Source: Callorhinchus milii
Lineage: Eukaryota
NCBI RefSeq assembly: GCF_018977255.1
Contig: NW_024705571.1
Coordinates: forward strand, 1 to 33,995
Reading direction: 5' to 3'
Length of the DNA: 33,995 bases
The notes under the pieces were generated by a model, which saw only the letters and a program-made list of their open reading frames with translations, was not told where the DNA came from and did not search any database. The first letter of the stretch is position 1. The number at the start of each line of letters is the position of its first letter. Shown here piece after piece: positions 20,606 through 32,567 of this stretch. A program made the position numbers and the translations under genes.

Positions 20606-22634
20606 TTAAATCCTGGGAAACGCTAGGTAGCGGTTTCGAACGCATTTATGCGTTACCTCCTCATGTTGCCTGGTTTACCACTTATCACTTTGATAATTTG
20701 ATCACGGTTTTCGGGTTCGTTTTTGTAGTTTCCTCTCTCACTCTCTCGCGTCGTGGGAGTGTGTGGTGAAAAATTGTGCTGCACGTAACCAGAATTCGCG
20801 CACACGACCCACTTTGACACTTGGTTCGTGGCATTCGCTCTCTCTGCGATTACATGCACATTTGCCGAGTCAGTGTGTCGATTTAATTCTGTCCCTCGTA
20901 ATGTTGCCCTCTTTGTTTTTACGAGTGTGTTGGATTTCAACACCATTCCCGATACGTCATGGACATTCGTCTCCATTTTAGCACTCCGATCCACATAATT
21001 TTTGGTTTCCCTTGGATATTTTCCATTCAAAGGCTCATGCCTGCGCTCCTCAGGGCGTGTCCCTGCTGTCTGTTTTTGGTACTGTCGATCACGCTTCAAT
21101 GCAACCCTGTCCTTGTATTCGATCCGCGCGTCATTTACGGGAGCACTGTCCACGTTTTTGCCCGCCTGTCACTTGCAGCCTGCCTGTATTTCCCAATGAG
21201 CTCAGGGTTTAACAAAACTTCAGCGTGCGTGGCGCGTATGGGCTGCCGCTCTCAATCACTGTGGATGGTTCATCACGTATTTGGACCGCATTCTGTGTTA
21301 TTCCTCTATTCCCTCCTGGTATAGCCGGTGGAGGAATTGGTCGGAATTGGATCGATTGTGTTTGACCTCCCATCCTGCGATTCTCCTGAATGTTCGCATC
21401 CATACCTCCGCGGTCTGTGTAACACCTTCCCGCTAGGTGGTTATCTTCCCATCTCTGTGCGTAATTTGAACCTTGCGTGTGTCGTGGGATGGGGTGTTGA
21501 TATGGTTTGCTCTGAACCTCTCCCTCCTGCGATTCTCGTACATTTTTGGCCCAGTTTTCTCCCATTTGGGTGCCAAATTTTTCCTGGATTGTTACCTCGC
21601 CATCTTTGTGGGTAATTTTGATCTTGTGTGTGTCGTGGCATGGGGGTGTTGGTATGGTTCTGTTCTGAACCTCCCCTCCTGCGATTCCTCTGAATGTTCG
21701 GCTTTGTGCCGTCTCATTCTCGTGCCAACCTCTCTCTGGGTTATTTTGCCCACAGGTGCGTGCGTTTTTGCTCCGTCCTGCATTGTGGGACTGCTCGGTG
21801 ATTTTTATTCCTCTCTGAGAGGCTGGTTCCTCATCCCTCTCCCTGTGTTCTGGATCCGAATTATGATTCTTAGCTCTGTATAACCATGCCATGTACGCCT
21901 TGCTCTCTATGCGGCGTAAGGATGCGGTTTCTGGATTCAAAACCATCCTCACCCTTTCTGTAATCTCTGGGCTCAAGGATTCAAAAAACATAATTTTGAA
22001 CATTTTATCTCCTCGTGGTATTGATTCACATCGCCTGCGTAATACGCTCTTTTAAATTGGACGAGGTAGTCACGTGGATCTTGGTCCATGCCCTGGGTCA
22101 TCGATTTTACAGCATAAAACCCCTCAGTGAGTGTCGAATATTCTCCAAACTTCCGAATCACTGCCAGGCTCAGTTGTTTAAAATCATTTCTAACCTTGTG
22201 TGGTAGTGACTTTACCCATGGGATAGATTCTTTATGTAAGGTCCGTTTCAACAAACTCGCTTTTTCATCCCGTCTCCTCAGCCCTCTAATCATTGCCTCC
22301 TCTTCTACTGTTGCGATATGTGTGTGGATATCCATAGTCTTATTGTGGGGGTCAAAATCGGGAATTCTGACTAGAGCCTTGTCCATCAATTTAAGGGTTT
22401 TACTGGTGAATAGGTATTCCGAAAGTTGATCGCCGACAGCGTCATCATCAAACAAGTTATCATCAGGCAATTTGTCACTTTGGTCTGTGCTGTGTCGGGC
22501 GTGTTGCCATTTCCCTTCAGTTTTTGCCTCTGCCTTAGTGGAGCATGTCCTGTCGACTTTACTTTAACATTTTTCCTCCCTCTCTCGAATTGTGAGGGTT
22601 TCCCTTTGTCAAGGATTTTTTGTTCGATATCCAT
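20606..22634 (-). pseudogene. gag: Gag-like ORF, copy 3 (frameshifted as assembled; ~675 codons if indels are repaired)
   Basis: Fragments 22386-22634, 21973-22470, 21209-22003 and 20653-21153. Confidence 0.8.
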
Positions 22635-22876
22635 AATTTTTGTGCGATCAATCCCTGGACTCTGTCCACGTACCCAAGAGTGTGATTTAATGTTACTTCC
22701 ATATTATTCTGTGGATTAACGTCTGTGAGTTTCGCTGGTGTCGCGAGCTTTGATTTCTCCTCCCTCTCGAGGGTGTGAGGACATTTCTCCTCGTTTATTA
22801 GAGACGATTTCTCTCCCGTTTCCTTTCCAAAATTTTCCTCATTCCACAATCACTGTCTGTATGCCTGTGTGGGAAG

Positions 22877-23101
22877 TCATGAGTCCTGTCCTGCCTTCTC
22901 TGCAGTTTTTGCATCGTGTTCGCCTTTGTTACATCTTATCCAGTCACTTAGTTTCCCTCGAGGTGTGTTCGTGTTATCGATATAGCTCCCTTCCCATATG
23001 TCTCTCTGACTGTACTGCTTTGTAACGGATTGGTCGGTACGTTTTAATACGAGTTCCCAGTATCCTGTAACCCATTCAAAAATTATTCTTAATCCCAGCA
23101 T
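22877..23101 (-). other. 74-aa upstream ORF between PBS and gag (uORF or decayed Gag N-terminus)
   Basis: ATG-initiated MLGLRIIFEWVTGYWELVLKR...; the same start is at 17101 in copy 2. No recognisable domain. Confidence 0.3.
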
Positions 23102-23435
23102 CTCAAAGTGTGGCGGGAGTTACTTTGACATTCCCTTTCAGAGTGCATATAAAACAATTATCTCACAGAGTGTAGTCAATTTGACTCGAGCTATCTGTTA
23201 TTTTCCGATTCAGAGTGTGTACCTCTAACACCATTTATCACAGGATGCAATTGGTTTGATACGATTATCTTAATTCCACTGTCTCTGTTTTAACCTGCTA
23301 TTCTGGGTTTTAACCTTAGAGGGCGTTTTTTAGTTTTCCGCCCGTTCACAATTACCATGCAATGTTCGATCCTGATATTCTGGTTAACACGAAGTGATTC
23401 ATTCCATCATCCATGCAAAACACTGTCTGCGAGAG

Positions 23436-23453
23436 ATCCCGGACGAGCCCCCA
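23436..23453 (-). promoter_or_regulatory. Primer-binding site, tRNA-Pro (perfect 18/18)
   Basis: Minus strand TGGGGGCTCGTCCGGGAT is the canonical PBS-Pro (as in MLV) and lies 3 nt after the LTR end CAACA. Confidence 0.95.
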
Positions 23454-23456
23454 TTA

Positions 23457-26086
23457 TGTTGTATGTGTTGGGATTATGAAATTTTGATGAAAATAATAAA
23501 ATTAATAATTTCCGAAAAATGCGCAAATCGCAGTATTTATGTTAATGTGTGTATTACTATGCATAAATTATGATAATGCGTGTAATTATATGCATAAATT
23601 ATGATAATCACGGAGATAATCGTAGTAATTTATGCGGAGGCTTGCGATTATGTTAATGTGTGTAGTTATGATAATTTGCTTAGTTTCGTTTATCCAGAGT
23701 TATCAATCAGGATAACACGATTATCATAGATTCATTTACCGATTATCCTAGTGTGTGTTATGATATTTTAGGTCTCCATTTTCATATCTCATCGCAGGTA
23801 ACAGCTCTTATGAATAAGACAGTTTTGCATGGACTTGGAAAGAAGCACTCGAACAGTTGTGTGAAGCAATTTATTCTAACAAGCATGTGACATTCTATCA
23901 TGCAGGTCAAACATGCGTCGATAATTCATGAATAACCAAACACATATGCATTTGCGATATCATGCCTTCGATTAATATGAATAACTAAAATTCTTATGCA
24001 ATTACGATATTATGCATTTGACTAAAATGAATGAATAAACTCTTATGCATTTGCGATACTATGCAATTACCTAATATGAATGACTAAAACTTTCTTATTC
24101 ATGTAACTCGACGGCAGCAACTGCTTTGCACGATCAGTTGATATTGAACGCACCACCTCGAAATGGCAACCCTTTTTGAAACGCAAAGACAGTTTTCTTT
24201 TAAAGTCTTATTCGTGTGCGTGCTGTGTGTGCGTTGTCCCCTTGTAATATTAATTAATTCTTAGAGTCGGGAGTTGTGTCGTTAGCTTGTGTGGTGTGGG
24301 AGGATAGAACAGCGGCCAGCTTCCTCTGGGTGGGGCGTGGCCGCATCGAGTCGTGCTGCTCCCTCGCTCGGCGTGTCGCTCGGCTTTTGCTCTCTCTCTC
24401 TCTCCACTGCTCGATGACGAGTTGGCACGATGCTGTCCTTGAAGATGCTCGGTCGCTCGTGTCGCTCGGTGTCGCTCGGCGCTGGCGCACGGTGGCGCAC
24501 GGTGGCGCACGGTGGCGTGGCGCCGGTGGCGCACGGTGTCGCTCGGTGGCGCACGGTGGCGCACAGGTGGCGCCGGTGGCGCGGTGCGCAGCGTGGCGCA
24601 CGTGGCGCACGCGCGCTCGCTTTCAGCGATCTCCGCCTTTCCTGCGGGTTGTTCGCTGGTCGTCACTCTGACGAGGAGCGATGCTTCGTTCGGCAGGGTG
24701 GACGTTGGCGTCTTTGTTGGCTTCACTCGCAACTCAGCGACTCAGGGTAGCGATTCTTCTCAGGTGGTGCAGACCTCGGCTTGTAGCGGCCAGCTTCCTC
24801 TGCAAAACCTCGTCATTCTGGATGACGAAAACTTCTTGACGATTTCTGGTGGGGCCCGGTTGGCCGAGCTGACCGGAACGAACTGTGTTGGAGCCGAAGC
24901 CCGGACGAGATCTGCTGTTGAATGGATTTTTCTTCCGGTTTATATCTGGAAATTCCACTCAGTTTCCCGAGTTGTTCAAGGCGTGTCATAAAACCCTCCT
25001 GTGGGCTGAACCATCTGCGTCGTTGTGTGTGTGTCCGTCCGTGTGTTTCGCGTGCGTGTTTGTCCGTGTGTTTATTAGCTTTGACGACACAGCTGGTGTC
25101 GTTCTGGAAGAAAGGGGTGGGGGTGGCCTCGTGACGGGCCACCGAAGTTATCCATTAGCCAGACCGATGATTCGCGTCGAGTTATATATAAAAAAAACAT
25201 TCGAATCCGATGTTTTGTTACTGAATAATATTTGTCGAGAAAACCTACGCGTTAAGCGAGCTTAATTGTTCCTCCCTTGCTCGGGGATATATCTTTGTCT
25301 CACACAGCTTAAGTTGTTTTGGTTTGGAAGTTGAAATGCAACTTATTTGTGCTTGGTTCCATCTGCACAGTTATGCCGAAACCGTGTTCACGATGTTTCA
25401 TCGTGACCCGATCTCTCAATGGAAATGTTATTTCCTCACGTGTGCAATTTTTGCCTGTCGTGTTGTGGGGAAGACAAAGACGGTTGTTTCCACGGTGGAA
25501 GCACCCGGCGCATGCTTTTATTTATTGATCTTCGAAGACGTGTTAATTTCCTTTGAGCCATTGCCCCCTTTATGGGTGTCATTTCCTAGCTTTGTGCCTG
25601 CGTGTGGAGATCCTCTCGGAAAGACAAAGCGGCCGTGTTGCTCGCTTCCATGGGTTGTTTGGTTTGGTTAATTTTGAGAGCCTTCTCCGCCCTTGATTCC
25701 TCTTCTACTTTAATTCCGTACTTATTATTTGACTTCTTGTGATTATTTAATCTGATATCCGGCTTATCTTTGTTCAGAATATAATATCTCTTCCTCCATG
25801 GTGCCGGCCCTGCAACCCCCCGCCTGCCATTCCCCCCTCCCTTGTTCCTCTTGTGTGAATTTAGGGGAGTTTTTATTACCTTATTGCCCCCCCTTTCATG
25901 TCCTCTTTCCTTTGAAATGAGGTGTGCGCACATCTGTGGTAGTGTGGGGGCCTCTGTGGAAGTGTGGGGGCGTGTTCGTTCCACGTTGCCCCGTGTCTAT
26001 TAAAAAAAACCATATTATATATGATGGCAGAATAATTCTTAAAAAAAATAATATTAAAAAAATAAAAAGGGGGTACATACACAACA
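23457..26086 (-). repeat. LTR 4 (shared, 2630 bp)
   Basis: Same termini; shorter, scrambled minisatellite and small insertions near 24855-24880. Confidence 0.85.
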
Positions 26087-26581
26087 GTCCGCCCTTTGAA
26101 AATTATCAGGGGTCGATTTGGCCACTGGCGAATTTTCAAACAAAGTAATGCCCCCTTTTTATGTCATGAATCCCATCAGCCGCCCTTACTCTCGGCGGTT
26201 ATTTCTTACGACGCGCGTGCACGTATTACAATCTTAACCTGGTTACATCTGAAATAAGCAAAGAAAATAAACAACACGTTAAACATCGATATTGCGTTAC
26301 ATCGGTTCTCATACATCATAACTCCGACGAATATTCATTTTTGTTTTTGCTTAACATGGTTACATTTGAATTAAGCAAAGAAAATAACAACACGTTAAAC
26401 ATCGATATTGCGTTACATCGGTTCTCATCCATCATAACTACGGCGAATATTCATTTTTGTTTTTGTTAAATCCTGGTTACATTTGAATTAAGCAAAGAAA
26501 ATAACAACACGTTAACATCGATATTGCGTTACATCGGTTCTCATACATCATAACTCTGACGAACATTCATTTTTGTTTTTG

Positions 26582-28491
26582 TTAAATCCTGGGAAACGCT
26601 AGGTAGCGGTTTCGAACGCATTTATGCGTTACCTTCCTCATGTTGCCTGGTTTACCACTTATCACTTTGATAATTTGATCACGGTTTTCGGGTTCGTTTT
26701 TGTAGTTTCCTCTCTCACTCTCTCGCGTCGTGGGAGTGTGTGGTGAAAAATTGTGCTGCACGTAACCAGAATTCGCGCACACGACCCACTTTGACACTTG
26801 GTTCGTGGCATTCGCTCTCTCTGCGATTACATGCACATTTGCCGAGTCAGTGTGTCGATTTAATTCTGTCCCTCGTAATGTTGCCCTCTTTGTTTTTACG
26901 AGTGTGTTGGATTTCAACACCATTCCCGATACGTCATGGACATTCGTCTCCATTTTAGCACTCCGATCCACATAATTTTTGGTTTCCCTTGGATATTTTC
27001 CATTCAAAGGCTCATGCCTGCGCTCCTCAGGGCGTGTCCCTGCTGTCTGTTTTTGTACTGTCCGATCACGCTTCAATGCAACCCTGTCCTTGTATTCGAT
27101 CCGCGCGTCATTTACGGGAGCACTGTCCACGTTTCTTACCGCATCGTATGCATTTGATGTTTCCCGGTCGTGGTGGTATTTGCCCGCCCTGTCACTTGCA
27201 GCCTGCCTGTATTTCCCAATGAGCTCAGGGTTTAACACTTCAGCGTGCGTGGCGCGTATGGGCTGCCCGCTCTCAATCACTGTGGATGGTTCATCACGTA
27301 TTTGGACCGCATTCTGTGTTATTCCTCTATTCCCTCCTGGTATAGCCGGTGGAGGAATTGGTCGGAATTGGATCGATTGTGTTTGACCTCCCATCCTGCG
27401 ATTCTCCTGAATGTTCGCATCCATACCTCCGCGGTCTGTGTAACACCTTCCCGCTAGGTGGTTATCTTCCCATCTCTGTGCGTAATTTGAACCTTGCGTG
27501 TGTCGTGGGATGGGGTGTTGATATGGTTCTGCTCTGAACCTCTCCCTCCTGCGATTCTCGTACATTTTTGGCCCAGTGTTTCTCCCATTTGGGTGCCAAA
27601 TTTTTCCTGGATTGTTACCTCGCCATCTTTGTGGGTAATTTGATCTTGTGTGTGTCGTGGCATGGGGTGTTGGTATGGTTCTGTTCTGAACCTCCCCCTC
27701 CTGCGATTCTCCTGAATGTTCGGCTTTGTGCCGCTCTCATTCTCGTGCCAACCTCTCTCTGGGTTATTTTGCCATGTGTGCGTGCGTTTTGCTGCTCTGC
27801 ATGGTGGGACTGCTCGGTGATTTTTATTCCTCTCTGAGAGGCTGGGTTCCTCATCCCTCTCCCTGTGTTCTGGATCCGAATTATGATTCTTAGCTCTGTA
27901 TAACCATGCCATGTACGCCTTGCTCTCTATGCGGCGTAAGGATGCGGTTTCTGGATTCAAAACCATTCTCACCCTTTCTGTAATCTCTGGGCTCAAGGAT
28001 TCAAAAAACATAATTTTGAACATTTTATCTCCTTCGTGGTATTGATTCACATCGCCTGCGTAATACGCTCTTTTAAATTGGACGAGGTAGTCACGTGGAT
28101 CTTGGTCCATGCCCTGGGTCATCGATTTTACAGCATAAAACCCCTCAGTGAGTGTCGAATATTCTCCAAACTTCCGAATCACTGCCAGGCTCAATTGTTT
28201 AAAATCATTTCTAACCTTGTGTGGTAGTGACTTTACCCATGGAATAGATTCTTTATGTAAGGTCCGTTTCAACAAACTCGCTTTTTCATCCCGTCTCCTC
28301 AGCCCTCTAATCATTGCCTCCTCTTCTACTGTTGCGATATGTGTGTGGATATCCATAGTCTTATTGTGGGGGTCAAAATCGGGAATTCTGACTAGAGCCT
28401 TGTCCATCAATTTAAGGGTTTTACTGGTGAATAGGTATTCCGAAAGTTGATCGCCGACAGCGTCATCATCAAACAAGTTATCATCAGGCAA
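26582..28491 (-). CDS. gag: Gag-like protein, copy 4 (most intact: 345-aa and 327-aa overlapping frames joined by a single 1-bp shift near 27640; start codon uncertain)
   Basis: Capsid-like region RIPDFDP...WVKSLPHKVRNDFKQLSLAVIRKF...MTQGMDQDPRDYLVQFKRAYYAG...FKIMFFESLSPEI...LRRIESKAY, containing an MHR-like Q-x4-P-x-D-Y motif. It is followed by an R/Q/N/P-rich repetitive tail ending ...RYLAFPRI*. Confidence 0.8.
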
Positions 28492-29389
28492 TTGTCACTT
28501 TGGTCTGTGCTGTGTCGGGTGTTTAAGTGGTGTGCATTTTCTGTGTGTGCGCCCAGTGCCGTGTCGCTCGTGTTGCCATTTCCCTTCAGTTTTTGCCTCT
28601 GCCCTTAGTGGAGCATGTCCTGTCGACTTTACTTTAACTTTTGTGCGATCAATCCCTGGACTCTGTCCACGTACCCAAGAGTGTGATTTAATGTTACTTC
28701 CATATTTATTCTGTGGATTAACGTCTGTGAGTTTCGCTGGTGTCGCGTATTAGAGACGATTTCTCTCCCGTTTCCTTTCCAAAATTTTCCTCATTCCACA
28801 ATCACTGTCTGTATGCCTGTGTGGGAAGTCATGAGTCCTGTCCTGCCTTCTCTGCAGTTTTTGCATCGTGTTCGCCTTTGTTACATCTTATCCAGTCACT
28901 TAGTTTCCCTCGAGGTGTGTTCGTGTTATCGATATAGCTCCCTTCCCATATGTCTCTCTGACTGTACTGCTTTGTAACGGATTGGTCGGTACGTTTTAAT
29001 ACGAGTTCCCAGTATCCTGTAACCCATTCAAAAATTATTCTTAATCCAGCATCTCAAAGTGTGGCGGGAGTTACTTTGACATTCCCTTTCAGAGTGCATA
29101 TAAAACAATTATCTCACAGAGTGTAGTCAATTTGACTCGAGCTATCTGTTATTTTCCGATTCAGAGTGTGTACCTCTAACACCATTTATCACAGGATGCA
29201 ATTGGTTTGATACGATATTATCTTAATTCCACTGTCTCTGTTTTAAACCTGCTATTCTGGGTTTTAACCTTAGAGGGCGTTTTTTAGTTTTCCGCCCGTT
29301 CACAATTACCATGCAATGTTCGATCCTGATATTCTGGTTAACACGAAGTGATTCATTCCATCATCCATGCAAAACACTGTCTGCGAGAG

Positions 29390-29407
29390 ATCCCGGACGA
29401 GCCCCCA
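29390..29407 (-). promoter_or_regulatory. Primer-binding site, tRNA-Pro (perfect 18/18)
   Basis: Minus strand TGGGGGCTCGTCCGGGAT, 3 nt after the LTR end. Confidence 0.95.
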
Positions 29408-29410
29408 TTA

Positions 29411-32085
29411 TGTTGTATGTGTTGGGATTATGAAATTTTGATGAAAATAATAAAAATTAATAATTTTCCGAAAAATGCGCAAATCGCAGTATTTATGTTA
29501 ATGTGTGTATTACTATGCATAAATTATGATAATGCGTGTAATTATATGCATAAATTATGATAATCACGGAGATAATCGTAGTAATTTATGCGGAGGCTTG
29601 CGATTATGTTAATGTGTGCAGTTATGATAATTTGCTTAGTTTCGTTTATCCAGAGTTATCAATCAGGATAACACGATTATCATAGATTCATTTACCGATT
29701 ATCCTAGTGTGTGTTATGATATTTTAGGTCTCCATTTTCATATCTCATCGCAGGTAACAGCTCTTATGAATAAGACAGTTTTGCATGGACTTGGAAAGAA
29801 GCACTCGAACAGTTGGTGTGAAGCAATTTATTCTAACAAGCATGTGACATTCTATCATGCAGGTCAAACATGCGTCGATAATTCATGAATAACCAAACAC
29901 ATATGCATTTGCGATATCATGCCTTCGATTAATATGAATAACTAAAATTCTTATGCAATTACGATATTATGCATTGACTAAAATGAATGAATAAACTCTT
30001 ATGCATTTGCGATACTATGCAATTACCTAATATGAATGACTAAAACTTTCTTATTCATGTAACTCGACGGCAGCAACTGCTTTGCACGATCAGTTGATAT
30101 TGAACGCACCACCTCGAAATGGCAACCCTTTTTGAAACGCAAAGACAGTTTTCTTTAAAGTCTTATTCGTGTGCGTGCTGTGTGTGCGTTGTCCCCTTGT
30201 AATAATTAATTAATCTTAGAGTCGGGAGTTGTGTCGTTAGCTTGTGTGGTGTGGGGAGGATATGAACAGCGGCCAGCTTCCTCTGGGTGGGGCGTGCCGC
30301 ATCGAGTCGTGCTGCTCCCTCGCTCGGCGTGTCGCTCGCTTTTGCTCTCTCTCTCTCTCTCCACTGCTCGATGACGAGTTGGCACGATGCTGTCCTTGAA
30401 GATGCTCGGTCGCTCGTGTCGCTCGGTCGCTCGGTGGCGCACGGCGGGCCGGTGGCGCACGGTGCGCACGGTGCGTGGCGCAGGCGCCCGGTGGCGCACG
30501 GTGGCGCACGCGCACGGTGGCGCACGGTGGCGCCCGTGGCGCACGGTGTCGCTCGGTGGCGCACAGTGGCGCACGGTGGCGCACGGTGGCGCCCGGTGGC
30601 GCAAGGTGGCGCACGGTGGCGCACGTTGGCGCTCGTTCAGCGATCTCCGCCTTTCCTGCGGGTTGTTCGCTGGTCGTCACTCTGACGAGGAGCGATGCTT
30701 CGTTCGTGGCAGGGTGGACGTTGGCGTCTTTGTTGGCTTCACTCGCAACTCGGCGACTCAGGGTAGCGATTCTTCTCAGGTGGTGCAGACCTCGGCTTGT
30801 AGCGGCCAGCTTCCTCTGCAAACCTCGTCATTCTGGATGACGAAAACTTCTTGACGATTTCTGGTGGGGCCCGTGGCCCGGACGAACTGTGTTGGAGCCG
30901 AAGCCCGGACGAGATCTGCTTTGAATGGATTTTTCTTCGGTTTATATCTGGAAATTCCACTCAGTTTCCCGAGTTGTTCAAAGGCTGTCATAAAACCCTC
31001 CTGTGGGCTGAACCATCTGTGTTCGTTGTGTGTGTGTCCGTCCGTGTGTTTCGCGTGCGTGTTTGTCCGTGTGTTTATTAGCTTTGACGACACAGCTGTG
31101 TCGTTCTGGAAGAAAGGGGTGGGGGTGCCTCGTGACGGTGCCACCGAAGTTATCCATTAGCCAGACCGATGATTCGCGTCGAGTTATATATAAAAAAACA
31201 TTCGAATCCGTTTTGTTACTGAATAATATTTGTCGAGAAAACCTACGCGTTAAGCGAGCTTAATTGTTCTCTCCCTTGCTCGGGGATCATATCTTTGTCT
31301 CACACAGCTTAAGTTGTTTTGGTTTGGAAGTTGAAATGCAACTTATTTGCTGCTTGGTTCCATCTGCACAGTTATGCCGAAACCGTGTTCACGATGTTTC
31401 ATCGTGACCCGATCTCTATGGAAATGTTATTTCCTCACGTGTGCAATTTTTTTCCTGTCCGTGTTGTGGGAAGACAAAGACGGTTGTTTCCACGGTGGAA
31501 GCACCCGGCGCATGCTTTTATTTATTGATCTTCGAAGACGTGTTAATTTCCTTTGAGCCATTGCCCCCTTTATGGGTGTCATTTCCTAGCTTTGTGCCTG
31601 CGTGTGGAGATCCTCTCGGAAAGACAAAGACGGCCGTGTTGCTCGCTTCCCATGGGTTGTTGTGTTTGGTTAATTTTGAGAGCCTTCTCCGCCCTTGATT
31701 CCTCTTCTACTTTAATTCCGTACTTATTATTTGACTTCTTGTGATTATTTAATCTGATATCCCGGCTTATCTTTGTTCAGAATATAATGCTCTTCCTCCA
31801 TGGTGCCCGGCCTGCAACCCCCGCCTGCCATTCCCCCCCTCCCTTGTTCCTCTTGTGTGAATTTAGGGGAGTTTTTATTACCTTATTGCCCCCTTTCATG
31901 TCCTCTTTCCTTTGAAATGAGGTGTGCGCACATCTGTGGTAGTGTGGGGGCCTCTGTGGAAGTGTGGGGGCGTGTTCGTTCCACGTTGCCCCGTGTCTAT
32001 TAAAAAAACCATATTATATATGATGGCAGAATAATTCTTGAAAAAAATAATATTAAAAAAAATAAAAGGGGGTACATACACAACA
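29411..32085 (-). repeat. LTR 5 (shared, 2675 bp)
   Basis: Same termini and internal structure as LTR 1. Confidence 0.85.
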
Positions 32086-32567
32086 ATCCGCCCTTTTGAA
32101 AAATCAGGGGTCGATTTGGCCACTGGCGAATTTTCAAACAAAGTAATGCCCCTTTTTATGTCATGAATCCCATCAGCTGCCCTTACTCTCGGCGGTTATT
32201 TCTTACGACGCGCGTGCACGTATTACAATCTTAACCTGGTTACATCTGAAATAAGCAAAGAAAATAAACAACACGTTAAACATCGATATTGCGTTACATC
32301 GGTTCTCATACATCATAACTCCGACGAATATTCATTTTTGTTTTTGTTAACATGGTTACATTTGAATTAAGCAAAGAAAATAACAACACGTTAAATCGAT
32401 ATTGCGTTACATCGGTTCTCATACATCATAACTCGGCGAATATTCATTTTTGTTTTTGTTAAATCCTGTTACATTGAATTAAGCAAAGAAAATAACAACA
32501 CGTTAACATCGATATTGCGTTATCGGTTCTCATACATCATAACTGACGAACATTCATTTTTGTTTTG

